A DNA stretch of 63,257 nucleotides, counting the filler, from an uncultured bacterium (GTDB lineage: Bacteria; CAYJRR01), in NCBI GenBank assembly GCA_964372275.1. It is 6 parts of 6 records of this genome, joined end to end, with 100 filler letters (N's around TTAATTAATTAA, not from the genome) between each part and the next. Parts side by side here need not be neighbours in the genome. Positions count along the whole stretch, not along the records: positions 33,140 to 43,853 come from CAYJRR010000149.1; positions 43,954 to 54,477 come from CAYJRR010000151.1; 4 more parts are not named here. One strand, written 5' to 3'. The position numbers were made by a program, and so were the translations under genes. Of this stretch, positions 37,249 to 48,042 are shown one piece after another; within the stretch, counting starts at the first letter, position 1, and every line of letters starts with the position of its first letter. The notes under the pieces were generated by a model, which was not told the DNA's origin, searched no databases, and saw only the letters and a list, made by a program, of their open reading frames with translations.

Positions 37249-38181
37249 ATGCGCTGGCCGACGGCGCTCCTAATCGTCACCGCCGCCGTCTCGGTCGCCG
37301 TCGGCGCCACGCGCTGGCGGACCCGACGCCTCGTCGAGGCGGCCTACCGGCACGCCGAGTCGGCGGAAGGATGGACGCTCCATCTCCCCAGCGGCGAATC
37401 GCTGGCAACCTGGACGAGCGCGCAGGGCGAGGTCGAACGGCTGCGCGCCTTCGATGGCGGCATGCCGCTCGCCGGCTACGACCTCCGTGAGGATCGGGAA
37501 CGGCTGGCGACGATCGAGTCGGACGGCGGTCCGACCGAACTCCGCGTCTACGATCGGGGTGGACGACGGATCGCGGAATGGACGCGCGACGCGACCTGTC
37601 CGCGGTTCGAGCCCGGGGGGGCGCTCCTGTTCTCGGAGACGGAAGCCTCGACTGGCGAGACGCGGCTGTGGCGGATCGGCGATCCGGACGACCGCAACCG
37701 CACGCCGGTCGTGGTCCCGCTGCCGGAGCCGGTGGGTGCACAGCACCTGTCCGGCTGTTTCCAGGTGGCGGAGGACTACCTCGCCTGGATCGGTACCGAC
37801 CTCGCGGTTCACGTCGCGCGGGCCGAGGGCGGAGGCTACACCGCCGATCACCGCGTGTTCATGCTCCCCGGCAGCCGCTTCCAGCTCGCGCGCGGAGGAC
37901 CGTCTTTGATCCTGCTCGACCCGACCGGGGTCGTACGGTTCGATCTCGCGAACGCAGCCATGGTGCGCCTTCACGTCGCCCCGCGGCCGAGCGACCTCCT
38001 CGCCACGAGCCCCGACGGCCGCTGGCTCCTGGTGTCCGTCGGCGCGGCCCACTGGATCGTGCGCCTGTCCGACGGCGCGAGCTTTCCGGTCGCCTACGGT
38101 CGCTTGCGTTCCTTCTATCTGACGCCGCAGGCGCCGCCGCGATGGATCGCGGTGTCGCCGGACGAACGGCGGGCCCCCTAG
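37249..38181 (+). CDS. Hypothetical membrane-anchored beta-propeller-like protein
   Basis: N-terminal TM helix; SPDGRWL and VSPDER blade-like motifs. Confidence 0.65.
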   Translation: MRWPTALLIVTAAVSVAVGATRWRTRRLVEAAYRHAESAEGWTLHLPSGESLATWTSAQGEVERLRAFDGGMPLAGYDLREDRERLATIESDGGPTELRVYDRGGRRIAEWTRDATCPRFEPGGALLFSETEASTGETRLWRIGDPDDRNRTPVVVPLPEPVGAQHLSGCFQVAEDYLAWIGTDLAVHVARAEGGGYTADHRVFMLPGSRFQLARGGPSLILLDPTGVVRFDLANAAMVRLHVAPRPSDLLATSPDGRWLLVSVGAAHWIVRLSDGASFPVAYGRLRSFYLTPQAPPRWIAVSPDERRAP

Positions 38182-38756
38182 AGTCCCGCGGATCCGGACC
38201 CGCCGCGCGGGCCGGGTTTGCGCGTCAGCGCCATCCCGACCGCCCGCATGTCGGGTCGCAGCCCATTGCGCGAGGCGTTCATGAGCTGGACCTCGAGCCG
38301 CAGCGCCTCCCCCAAGAAGACCGAACGCCCCCGGCGCGCGGTGAACTTCTGATCGAAGTAGGTGTCGTCGTACGTGAACGACATCTTCTTCTCGGGCTCC
38401 CCCCACACCCACACCGACGCCTCCCCTTCCGGCAGCCAGAAGGCCGGCTTCTTCGGGTCCTCCTGTCGGTTGCGCCAGTTCAGCTCCAACACGACCGTGC
38501 GCGCCGGGTCCTCGTAACGGATCCGGCGGGTGCGGGCACCGGTGCGGGTCGAGCGAACGACGAGCGACGTCGGCATCGGATCGGCGAGCGAATCGCGGCC
38601 GCTCCCCACGGAGCGCCGCCAGTCCCGGGAGACGTCGACGATCGCCTGGATCTCCGGCGGCTGCTCCCCCGCGTCGCACTCCGCGTTCGAGCGGGCGGCC
38701 GCCTCCGTCCAGATCGTTGCCACCAGCACCACCACTCCCGCGACGCGTCCGTGCAT
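38178..38756 (-). CDS. Hypothetical exported protein
   Basis: AAGGAG RBS before ATG 38756; signal-like N-terminus; beta-rich body. Confidence 0.65.
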   Translation of the reverse strand: MHGRVAGVVVLVATIWTEAAARSNAECDAGEQPPEIQAIVDVSRDWRRSVGSGRDSLADPMPTSLVVRSTRTGARTRRIRYEDPARTVVLELNWRNRQEDPKKPAFWLPEGEASVWVWGEPEKKMSFTYDDTYFDQKFTARRGRSVFLGEALRLEVQLMNASRNGLRPDMRAVGMALTRKPGPRGGSGSAGL

Positions 38757-38924
38757 GATCGGCTCCTTCCGTGTGCGCGGGCGGCACAAGCAGTGGACGT
38801 GCCATCGACTCGCCGACCGGATCACGCGCACCTAGGGGTGATTGACGATTCACCGACCGCGATTCGTTCACGGATGCTGGTGAGTGGATGTCGCAACCGG
38901 CGCGCGTCGCCGCGAGGGCGGGCG

Positions 38925-41591
38925 TCACGCGGCTCGGCGTCGCCGGGCCAGCACGCGGAGGAGCGCGAAACCGACCATCGCCGCCGCGCCGCCCGCCGGC
39001 GAGACGGCCGCCGAGGGATCGACCGCCACGGTGGAACAGTGGCAACCGCCGTCGAGGCGGCCTCCGTCGATAGCGCCGGCGCCGAATCCTTCGTTCGTGC
39101 CACCGTCGAGGGCGCGCACCGCCACCTCGTCCAGCGTCCAGCCTCCGGCCTCCACCGCCGCGTCGCTCGATAGCTCAAAGCGGACGGCCACCGACGGCTG
39201 GCCGTCGGCGATCGCCGCGATGTCGAGGTCGACGAACGTCCACTCCAGGTCGGCGCGCGGCTCCGCCTCGTTGGTCCAGACGACCTGGCCGTTCACCAGG
39301 ACCCGCGCCTGGTCGGAGGCCGATCCGTCGACGGAGAGCCACCGCCGGAACTGGAGCCGCGCCCCCCGGCAGTCGGAGCAGTCGATCACCGGGGACTGTA
39401 GCCAGCGCGCCCCCCCCGGCTCGTAGAGGCCGTTCCCGTCGCGGAGGCCGAGGTCGTTCCCGATCGCCGCCGAGCCGTCGAACGCCGCCTCCGGGTCGAG
39501 GCCGAAACCGCGCGGAGCGCCCCGCTCCCAGTCGTCGTCGCGCGCCGCGGTGCCGCCGTGGGTCCAGCCGGCCTCCTCCTCGAAGCCGTCGCGGAAGACG
39601 GTTTCGAGCGGCCCGACGTAGTAGCGGAAGAGGTTGGCCGGCGCGCCGAGCGGCCGCGTGAACGACGCCCCGAACGCCGACTCGCGGGCGCGGATCCAGT
39701 ACTCGACGACCGTCCCGGCCGGCTGGCCGGGGATCTCGCCCGCGTAGGCGCCCCCTTCCCCCGCGAGCGCCACCACCTGCTCGACGCCGCCGATCCGGGT
39801 CACCAGCTCCACCGACGACGGATCGAGCGCGCCGCACGACGGCGATCGGCTCTCGACGACGACCGAGACCGGCACCGGGCGCCCTTCGCCGACGCCGTTC
39901 TCCGCGCGGGGCGGATCGTGCGAAAGCGACAGGAATCCCCGTCCGGGCTGCGGCGTGGAGACCAGTCCGCGCGCCTGGAACTCGGCGGTGATCTCGCACG
40001 AGTTGGGCGTTCCGTTCGCGAGATCGCCGTCCTCGTCGTCGGCGGCGAGCGCTTCAAGATAGGCGTCGGTGTAGCCCGGGTTTCCCCGCAGCGTCGTCGA
40101 ATGCAGCCGGTCGGCGATGCGCACGCCGGCGTTCGACCCGTGCTTGGTGATGAACGCGTTCCGCAGGTTCCACCAGGCGTGCGCCCAGATCCGCCCGCTC
40201 TGGTGGACCTCGGCGTACGGCCCCTGCACCCCTTCCGGATAGTTGCGCACCTCGGTGGCGTTGCGGATCCCGTTCGCGTTTCCGGCGAAGAACTGCGGAC
40301 CGAGCGCCGGATCGCCGGTGATCGTGTGCGCGAAGTAGTCGGCCACCCCTTCCTGGATCTGCGCGTCGAACGGGCCGCTGCCGCTCAATCGGTCGTGCAG
40401 CGCGTGTCCGTACTCGTGATAGACGACGTCGGCCAGGCGGGCGGTGTTGTTGCAGCCGCCGCCGGCCGAGAGGAAGTTGATCGAGCCGCCGTCGTAGTAG
40501 GCGTTGCAGCTCCCGCCGAGATTGACGTTGATCGGGAACGGCGACGCGAGGAAGGCCAGATCGGGCGTCACCCGGAGCTGCCGCTCGCGGACGGTGTGCG
40601 CGTGGTAGAAGGCGTCGATCTCGGCCAGCGCCTCGTCGGCCACCGACCACAGGAACTGCTCGCCGCCGGTCCCGGCGACGGTGAACGACTCGCTTGCCTC
40701 GCCGCCGCCGGCGTCGTTCACCGAAAAGAACGGTCCCGCGCTCCGGACGGTCCGCTCGCCGGGAGCCGCCTCGAAGATCCCGTCGGCGTCGGTCGACGTC
40801 CCCTCGTCGATCGTGTGCCCGCGGGCCGGCGCCGCGATGCGCGGCTGGCCGGCGAAGCGCGGCTCGACCTCGACCCGGAGCTGCGCGGCGGCGTGCGCGA
40901 CGAGGTCGCGCCGCTCGAGCAGGTCGCCGCTCCCGTCGGCGGCGATCACCGTGGCGTACCGTGCCACCGGTCGCCGCACCGCGACCGTCGCCCGCCAGCC
41001 GAGGCGAAAGCGGATCGTGTCTTCGCCATCGGGGGCGGCGTTCCCGCCTCCGGCGGCGAGCGCCTCCGGGAAGATCACCAGCTCCGCCGGCCCTTCGAGC
41101 GACGCGCCGCGGCCGGCGTGGAGCCGGAGCATCGCTCCCTCCGCCGCCGCGCGCTCGACGGCCGGAACGACGTCGACCGCGACCCCGCCGTACGCCGTCG
41201 ACTTCGCCAGTACCGGCCGCCCCTCGAAGAACCGCAGCGACACGCCACCGCCGGCCACTTCCACGCCGCGATGGAACTGCGTGTAGTCGACGTGGGTCCG
41301 GCCGTCGGCGAAGGAGCGGATCTCCGCGCGGCCCAGCGAAGCGGCGGCGACACCGAAAAACGGCCGGTCGCCGTCGACGATTGCGCGGGAGGCGGCGTCG
41401 ATCTCGCCGGGCGGCGCGAGTCGATCGAACCGGGGCGCCCCACGCCCGGGACGCTGGCGGACTCGCCGGGACGCGGCTGCGCTCGTCGCCTCCTCGCCCG
41501 ACGACACGCCGGATGCGACCGGCATCACCGCGCCGGCGTTCGTGGCGAGAAGCGAAAGGGCCACGGCGACGAGGCCCGGACGCGATCGCAT
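38925..41591 (-). CDS. Secreted M4/M36-like zinc metallopeptidase with MYXO-CTERM sorting signal
   Basis: Signal peptide, FTP/PepSY propeptide, CNAYYDG, DVVYHEYGH, EGVADY, EVH, beta-sandwich domains, C-terminal GGCHC...TM-RRRR. Confidence 0.87.
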   Translation of the reverse strand: MRSRPGLVAVALSLLATNAGAVMPVASGVSSGEEATSAAASRRVRQRPGRGAPRFDRLAPPGEIDAASRAIVDGDRPFFGVAAASLGRAEIRSFADGRTHVDYTQFHRGVEVAGGGVSLRFFEGRPVLAKSTAYGGVAVDVVPAVERAAAEGAMLRLHAGRGASLEGPAELVIFPEALAAGGGNAAPDGEDTIRFRLGWRATVAVRRPVARYATVIAADGSGDLLERRDLVAHAAAQLRVEVEPRFAGQPRIAAPARGHTIDEGTSTDADGIFEAAPGERTVRSAGPFFSVNDAGGGEASESFTVAGTGGEQFLWSVADEALAEIDAFYHAHTVRERQLRVTPDLAFLASPFPINVNLGGSCNAYYDGGSINFLSAGGGCNNTARLADVVYHEYGHALHDRLSGSGPFDAQIQEGVADYFAHTITGDPALGPQFFAGNANGIRNATEVRNYPEGVQGPYAEVHQSGRIWAHAWWNLRNAFITKHGSNAGVRIADRLHSTTLRGNPGYTDAYLEALAADDEDGDLANGTPNSCEITAEFQARGLVSTPQPGRGFLSLSHDPPRAENGVGEGRPVPVSVVVESRSPSCGALDPSSVELVTRIGGVEQVVALAGEGGAYAGEIPGQPAGTVVEYWIRARESAFGASFTRPLGAPANLFRYYVGPLETVFRDGFEEEAGWTHGGTAARDDDWERGAPRGFGLDPEAAFDGSAAIGNDLGLRDGNGLYEPGGARWLQSPVIDCSDCRGARLQFRRWLSVDGSASDQARVLVNGQVVWTNEAEPRADLEWTFVDLDIAAIADGQPSVAVRFELSSDAAVEAGGWTLDEVAVRALDGGTNEGFGAGAIDGGRLDGGCHCSTVAVDPSAAVSPAGGAAAMVGFALLRVLARRRRAA

Positions 41592-41755
41592 CCCCTTCTC
41601 CGGTGCAACCCGCATGCCCCGGATGCGGGTCCGATCCGGTGACGGAAACGGCGACCGAACGGGGACCTGGCGGGGTCGGCGCTGCGTCCTTTTCGGCGCA
41701 CGTCTAGGGACGGTCGACCCCGGCGAACCGGCCCGTACAGGCGGGCCCTTTCGCC

Positions 41756-41784
41756 TTGACTCCCCCCACCCCATCATCTAGGTT
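41756..41784 (+). promoter_or_regulatory. Putative sigma70 promoter of metK-ahcY
   Basis: TTGACT-17 nt-TAGGTT; AGGAG RBS before ATG 41834. Confidence 0.5.
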
Positions 41785-41833
41785 GTCGCGGTTTTTCGCT
41801 GGCTTATCGATTTTCTTCCAGGAGCGTTCCCCG

Positions 41834-42985
<1,152 letters not shown>

Positions 42986-43056
42986 TCGATCTCGCCCGGC
43001 GTTCGCGCGCGTCTTCGAGACCTTTCGATCCGATGTCCGCCAAGAGGAGAGCTTCG

Positions 43057-43853
43057 ATGAGTTCGACCGCCAAGAAGGTGAAGCTGCACGCCGTCAATCT
43101 CCTCTCCCGGGAGAGCCTCTTCGCGACCCCCCCGTACCGGGTGAAGGAGCTGTCGCCCGAGCTGGTCCGGTTCGGACGCAAGGAGATCGAGCTCGCCGAG
43201 CACGAGATGCCGGGCCTGATGGCGATCCGCGCCGAGTACCGCGGAAAGCAGCCGTTGAAGGGCGCGCGGATCATGGGATCGCTGCACATGACGATCCAGA
43301 CCGCCGTCCTGATCGAGACGCTCGCCGAGCTGGGCGCCGACGTGCGGTGGTGCTCGTGCAACATCTTCTCCACCCAGGATCACGCGGCGGCGGCGGTGGT
43401 CGCCGGTCCCAAGGGGACGGCCGCCAATCCGAAGGGGGTGCCGGTCTACGCCTGGAAGGGGGAGACGCTCGAAGAGTACTGGTGGTGCACCTTCCAGGCG
43501 CTGCGCTTCCCCGGCGGGAAGACGCCGACCCTGATCGTCGACGACGGCGGCGACGCGACGCTGCTCGTCCACAAGGGGTTCGAGGGGAACAAGGCGAAGA
43601 GGGCGCCGAACCCGGACGCGGCCGAGTCGGCGGAGGAGCGGATCGTCTTTCAGCTGCTCTCCGAGGTGCAGGCGGCCGACCCGAAGTTCTGGGAGCCGTT
43701 CGCCAAGTCGATCCGCGGCGTCTCCGAGGAGACGACGACCGGCGTGCACCGCCTCTACGAGCGGGCGAAGGCGAAGACCCTTCTCTTCCCGGCAATCAAC
43801 GTCAACGACTCGGTCACCAAGTCGAAGTTCGACAACCTCTACGGCTGCCGGCA
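43057..43853 (+). CDS. ahcY: Adenosylhomocysteinase, 3' truncated
   Basis: [67 protein letters not shown]. Confidence 0.97.
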
Positions 43854-43953
43854 NNNNNNNNNNNNNNNNNNNNNNNNNNNNNNNNNNNNNNNNNNNNTTA
43901 ATTAATTAANNNNNNNNNNNNNNNNNNNNNNNNNNNNNNNNNNNNNNNNNNNN
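43854..43953. other. Artificial contig spacer
   Basis: N run with TTAATTAATTAA. Confidence 0.99.
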
Positions 43954-44120
43954 GCTTCCACGAGATCGTGCACACCCGCGGCCACGACATGGCGAGCCTG
44001 ATCGACGCCCTCGCCGAGCTGCGGCAGGTCTTCGCGCTCCAGCGCGTCCTGCTGGCGATCGGGCTCGTCTTCGCCGCCGCCTACGCCGTCATCGTCGTCA
44101 TCGCCCCTGGCGCGCAGTGA
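43954..44120 (+). CDS. C-terminus of a small membrane protein
   Basis: FHEIVHTRGHDMASLIDALAELRQVFALQRVLLAIGLVFAAAYAVIVVIAPGAQ*. Confidence 0.6.
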
Positions 44121-44172
44121 CCGGGGAGCGGCGTTGGCGTTCCGAATCGGAGTTCGCTAGCGTACGCGGCAG

Positions 44173-44248
44173 GCGCCCATAGCTCAGGGGATAGAGCATC
44201 CGCCTTCTAAGCGGAGGGCCGCAGGTTCGATTCCTGCTGGGCGCGCCA
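44173..44248 (+). tRNA. tRNA-Arg (anticodon TCT)
   Basis: GCGCCCA/TGGGCGC acceptor stem, D-arm AGCTCAGGGGATAGAGC, anticodon arm TCCGC-CTTCTAA-GCGGA, T-loop GGTTCGATTCC, encoded CCA. Confidence 0.96.
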
Positions 44249-44279
44249 GGGGACGCTTCGGTTCATTCCGCCCGGCGGT

Positions 44280-44519
44280 TCAGGGCTCCTCGCACGTCGC
44301 CGCCCGGATCATCTGGAGGAGCTTGTCGTTCTCCGCCGCCGACAGCACGGCTTCGTTCGCACATCGATGCAGCGCGCTGCACGGTGGCGATTCCCGCTTC
44401 GGCCAGGCGGCGATCGCCCCCTTGCAGTGGCGGTGCGCGTCCTTTCGATTCCAGTCGACCGTCGACGCACAACCGCCGGCGACGAGGACGACGAGCGCGA
44501 GGACGGGACGGAGGGCCAT
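44280..44519 (-). CDS. Small Cys-rich lipoprotein
   Basis: Signal MALRPVLALVVLVAGGC; four more Cys in about 60 mature residues. Confidence 0.7.
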   Translation of the reverse strand: MALRPVLALVVLVAGGCASTVDWNRKDAHRHCKGAIAAWPKRESPPCSALHRCANEAVLSAAENDKLLQMIRAATCEEP

Positions 44520-44531
44520 GTCCGGGTTCGA

Positions 44532-45290
44532 TCATAAGATGCCCGGAGGGAGGTCGGGAACGTCGTCGGGAGTCACGCCCTCGAGCGCGTACAGCTCGAT
44601 CACCTTCCGTTTGATCGCGCGGAGCTTCGAGGGACCGGGCATCGGGCCCACGGCGAGCTCGCCGGCGAGGTAGGCGCGGTACTCTTCGACCAGGATCGCG
44701 CGGGAGCCGCGATAATGCTCCTCGGAGGCGTTGAGGACGTGGTTCACCTCGTGGGCGAGCGCGCGCGCGAGGTCGTCGGTCGGAAGGGTCCGGGCGGCGT
44801 AGACCCGGTCGTCCCAGGACCACCCGTCGTACGCGGACTCGATCCGTCGGACGGTTCGGTTCCCGGCGCGGCGGAGGTGTTCCCAGCGGCCGCGCAGGCG
44901 GACGCCGTCTCCGGCCAGTCCGGAGACGACCCGCCGGAAGTCGGCGCGGGTGAGGTCGGTGAAGCCGTCGACGCGCACCCGGCCGGAGCGGATTGCGTCG
45001 ACCGTCGTACGCGCGACGGGGGTGCCGCTTCGCTCGAGGCGGGCGAGCGCCGCCTCGACGGCGCGGCGCAGCCCCGCGTCGGTACGGTCGGGCCGAACCT
45101 CCACGAGCGCCGCCGCCGCCCCGACGTCGATCGCAAGCGGGCTGCCGGACGCCGGGCCTTCCGGGCATCCGGCCGCAGCGACGATCGTGGCGAGCAACGC
45201 GGCGAGCACGGCGCCCTTCCCAGCAAGTAGCGGGCCATGCGCTTGGGGGTTGACGGCCGGGCCGCTACGTCGTAGCGTTCCCGGTTCCAT
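44532..45290 (-). CDS. Putative lipoprotein with HEXXH zincin-like motif
   Basis: VAAAGC lipobox; LAHEVNHVLN followed by EEYRAY; start uncertain (45290 or GTG 45209). Confidence 0.65.
   Translation of the reverse strand: MEPGTLRRSGPAVNPQAHGPLLAGKGAVLAALLATIVAAAGCPEGPASGSPLAIDVGAAAALVEVRPDRTDAGLRRAVEAALARLERSGTPVARTTVDAIRSGRVRVDGFTDLTRADFRRVVSGLAGDGVRLRGRWEHLRRAGNRTVRRIESAYDGWSWDDRVYAARTLPTDDLARALAHEVNHVLNASEEHYRGSRAILVEEYRAYLAGELAVGPMPGPSKLRAIKRKVIELYALEGVTPDDVPDLPPGIL
45250..45278 (+). promoter_or_regulatory. Putative sigma70 promoter of the small YIDPG protein
   Basis: TTGACG-17 nt-TAGCGT. Confidence 0.35.
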
Positions 45291-45306
45291 GCCCCTCGAT
45301 CGCACG

Positions 45307-45477
45307 ATGGTCCTGGCCTACATCGATCCCGGTTTCGGCGCGCTGATCTGGCAGGCGCTCTTCGCCGCGCTGGTCGGGTCGATCTTCTTCCTGCGTTCGA
45401 CCTTCACCGCCGCCTTCCAGTGGGTCCGCGGCCGGTTCGTCCGCGGCGAGAAGTCGATCTCTACCGATCCTCGCTGA
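45307..45477 (+). CDS. Small membrane protein of the 'AYIDPG.G' type
   Basis: MVLAYIDPGFGALIWQALFAALVGSIFFLR...basic tail; alternative start 45289. Confidence 0.7.
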   Translation: MVLAYIDPGFGALIWQALFAALVGSIFFLRSTFTAAFQWVRGRFVRGEKSISTDPR

Positions 45478-47056
45478 CCGCGAGCGGTTGGTCGACGTGC
45501 GACCGCATCCAGTCGCGCACCTCTTCGTTCGAATGCAGCTCGCCGTCGAAGAGCGCCCGCACCAGCTCCCGCAGAACGACCGACGAGAACCGTGTCTCGC
45601 CATCGACGATCCCGGGTCCGCTCACGCCCGGTAGGCGGACGAAGAACGGGACCGGACGCGGCTCGCCGGGGGCGAGGCGCGGCGACGGAAGCGGGGCGAG
45701 CTTCCGGCTGCGTTTGGGGTGGTCGGACATCACCACCAGCGCGGTCCGGTCCCAGACCCCGCTCTCTCTCATCCCGTCGATCAGCGTGCGGAGGGCCCGG
45801 TCGGTGAGCACCAGATTGCCGGCGTAGTTCCCCTTTCGCCCGGCCCAGTTTCCGGTCGCGTCGGCGAGCCCCGGCGGGTGCGGCAGGGCGAAGTGCAGGA
45901 AGGCGAGGTCGATCTCGGGATCGGCGGCGAGCCGCCGCGATCGCTCGAAGACGAGGCGGTGCGTCTCCGCGTGCCACTCTCGGCCGATGCTCACCACGCG
46001 GCGGTCGACGTTCAGGCGCTTCAGGACCTTCTGTCCCTGGGGAGCGAGATCGGCGAGGACCCCGAGGTGGCGCACGAACGACCGGCCCACGCCCATCCCC
46101 ACGAACTCCTGCCGGTGCGCGCGCGCCAGGCAGTCGACGACGTCGTCCCCCAGGATGCGACAGTAGGGGTGGTACCAGCCGGTGATCGCGGCGTTCCGTC
46201 CCGCGTTGCGAGCGTCCGAAAGCACGGTCTCGAGGTCGGAAAAACGCACGCGCGTGCCGTCCTCGAAGTAGAGGAACCGGTCGTTCGGCCCGTCGGACCG
46301 CTGGCGGACGACGCGGCGTCCCGCGAGGATGGAGGGAAGGGCGAGGCTCGTGACGTTCGAGGGGGTGGCGACGCGCGTCGCGTGGTACCCCTCGGCGGAG
46401 AGGGCGTCGAAGGTGGGGAGCGAGACATTCGCGCGCCGGTCCTCGAATCCGAGGAACTGGTCCATCTCGTCGAGAACCACCACCACCACCCGCGCGCCGC
46501 GCGCCGAGGGAACCTTGGCCGCCGGTGGACGCTCCACCATCGCGCGCGCAAACGTCCCGTCCACGGCGTGCAACGCGCCGAGCGCCCCCTGGGCGAAGGT
46601 CAGCAGGACGAACGGGGAGAAGGCGCGCAGCACCGCCGCCGCGCCGCGCACCATCCGTCCTCGCCACGGCGGTACCAGGAACGGCGCCAGGACGAGGACC
46701 GCGACGACCTTCAGCACGCGATCGACGGAGTCCTGGTTTTCGCGGCCGAGCAGGTCCGACACCTGGTGTCTCGCCATCCACGGCAGCGTCGCGAGCGCGA
46801 TCGCGAACAGGAGCTCGACGCCGAGCCGACCTGCGCGGGAGGCCCGGCGCCCGGCGAAGGCGATCGACCACCCGACGGCGCCGATCGCGAGCACGACGAG
46901 CACCGTCGCGACGTAGGCGGGCCACTCGCGGGGGCGGTCGAGGAAATAGGCCGTCTTCGGGTCGAGGATCCCGGCCCACAGCCGCATGCAGAGCAGGTTG
47001 GCGAGCGAAAGGGCGACCAGCGCATCGCGGACCGCCGTCTTCGAACCGGGGCTCAT
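45461..47056 (-). CDS. Membrane-anchored sulfatase/alkaline-phosphatase-superfamily hydrolase/transferase
   Basis: About five N-terminal TM helices, VVVVLDE, T.LALPS, FLHFALPHPP, Y.GNL.LTD, VVMSDH, VPFFVR. Confidence 0.82.
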   Translation of the reverse strand: MSPGSKTAVRDALVALSLANLLCMRLWAGILDPKTAYFLDRPREWPAYVATVLVVLAIGAVGWSIAFAGRRASRAGRLGVELLFAIALATLPWMARHQVSDLLGRENQDSVDRVLKVVAVLVLAPFLVPPWRGRMVRGAAAVLRAFSPFVLLTFAQGALGALHAVDGTFARAMVERPPAAKVPSARGARVVVVVLDEMDQFLGFEDRRANVSLPTFDALSAEGYHATRVATPSNVTSLALPSILAGRRVVRQRSDGPNDRFLYFEDGTRVRFSDLETVLSDARNAGRNAAITGWYHPYCRILGDDVVDCLARAHRQEFVGMGVGRSFVRHLGVLADLAPQGQKVLKRLNVDRRVVSIGREWHAETHRLVFERSRRLAADPEIDLAFLHFALPHPPGLADATGNWAGRKGNYAGNLVLTDRALRTLIDGMRESGVWDRTALVVMSDHPKRSRKLAPLPSPRLAPGEPRPVPFFVRLPGVSGPGIVDGETRFSSVVLRELVRALFDGELHSNEEVRDWMRSHVDQPLAVSEDR

Positions 47057-47092
47057 CGGGCGCGGTAGTCTACGCGACCGCCGCGCGGGCGA

Positions 47093-48007
47093 CTACGACT
47101 CTGCGTGGCGCGGCCGGCGGACGTTCCAGGCGAGACGGAGCCGCTCCAGCAGACAGACGACGTACCAGCCGACGTCGAGCTGGTACCAGCGCCAGCCCAG
47201 GCGCGCCGACGAGGGGTTCGCGTGGTGATTGCCGTGCCAGTTCTCCCCCTGGAAGGTGTGGAGGATCCCCAACCAGGCAAGGTTCTGGCTCGAGTCCTCT
47301 CCCGGCTTCACGCCGCGCCTCATGTGGGCGACCGAGTTGACGAAGCACTGCGCGTTGAGCGCCCAGATCAATCGCACCGGTCCGATCCAGAAGAAGGCGG
47401 CCCAGCCGAACCACGGTACGAACGGTAGGCCGACCAGGAACGACGTCCCCAGGATCCGCAGCTGCCAATCGCTCCACCGGTGGTAGCGGGGGGCGTCGAA
47501 CTCCGGCGCCCACCGGGCGGTGGAGGCGTTCCCCGCCTGGTAGAGCCAGCGGAAGTGCGACCACCAGAAGCCACCGATGCGCGGGCTGGAGATGTCGTCG
47601 GGCGTCTCCACCTTGGCGTGGTGTAGCCGATGGTTCGCCGTCCAGGTGGCCGGCGCGCCGCTCCCGTTGAAGATCGCGGCGGCGATCAACAGGAACTCGA
47701 CCACCGGATGGAGTGTGAGCGCCTTGTGGGCCATCGCGCGGTGATACGCCACCGTCGTCCCCAGGCCGCCGATCCACATGAAGGCCAGGGCCACGAGAAA
47801 GACCGGCCAGGGCGGGATCGGGAAGAGGAGGAGCCCCGCGATCCCCCAGGCGTGCACCCACACGATCCAGAACAGCGTCCAGCCGTCTCCGACGTGCCAG
47901 TGCGTCCAGCTCCACTCCCAGGGGCGCCGCCCGACGCTCCGGGAGACGTTCCCGAAAAGCGAGCGGACGTGTTCGACGATCGGCAGGTCGGGGGACGCGG
48001 TCGACAT
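47093..48007 (-). CDS. Acyl-CoA (delta-9-like) fatty acid desaturase
   Basis: His boxes YHRAMAH, HRLHH, GENWHGNHH; FWWSH; VNSVAH. Confidence 0.92.
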   Translation of the reverse strand: MSTASPDLPIVEHVRSLFGNVSRSVGRRPWEWSWTHWHVGDGWTLFWIVWVHAWGIAGLLLFPIPPWPVFLVALAFMWIGGLGTTVAYHRAMAHKALTLHPVVEFLLIAAAIFNGSGAPATWTANHRLHHAKVETPDDISSPRIGGFWWSHFRWLYQAGNASTARWAPEFDAPRYHRWSDWQLRILGTSFLVGLPFVPWFGWAAFFWIGPVRLIWALNAQCFVNSVAHMRRGVKPGEDSSQNLAWLGILHTFQGENWHGNHHANPSSARLGWRWYQLDVGWYVVCLLERLRLAWNVRRPRHAES

Positions 48008-48042
48008 GGGCCAACGCTACCGGCCCGTACGTCACCGTCCGG

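Noticed and set aside
44173-44300. Prophage or integrative element at tRNA-Arg
   Set aside because: No integrase, no duplicated tRNA 3' end and no compositional shift within the contig.
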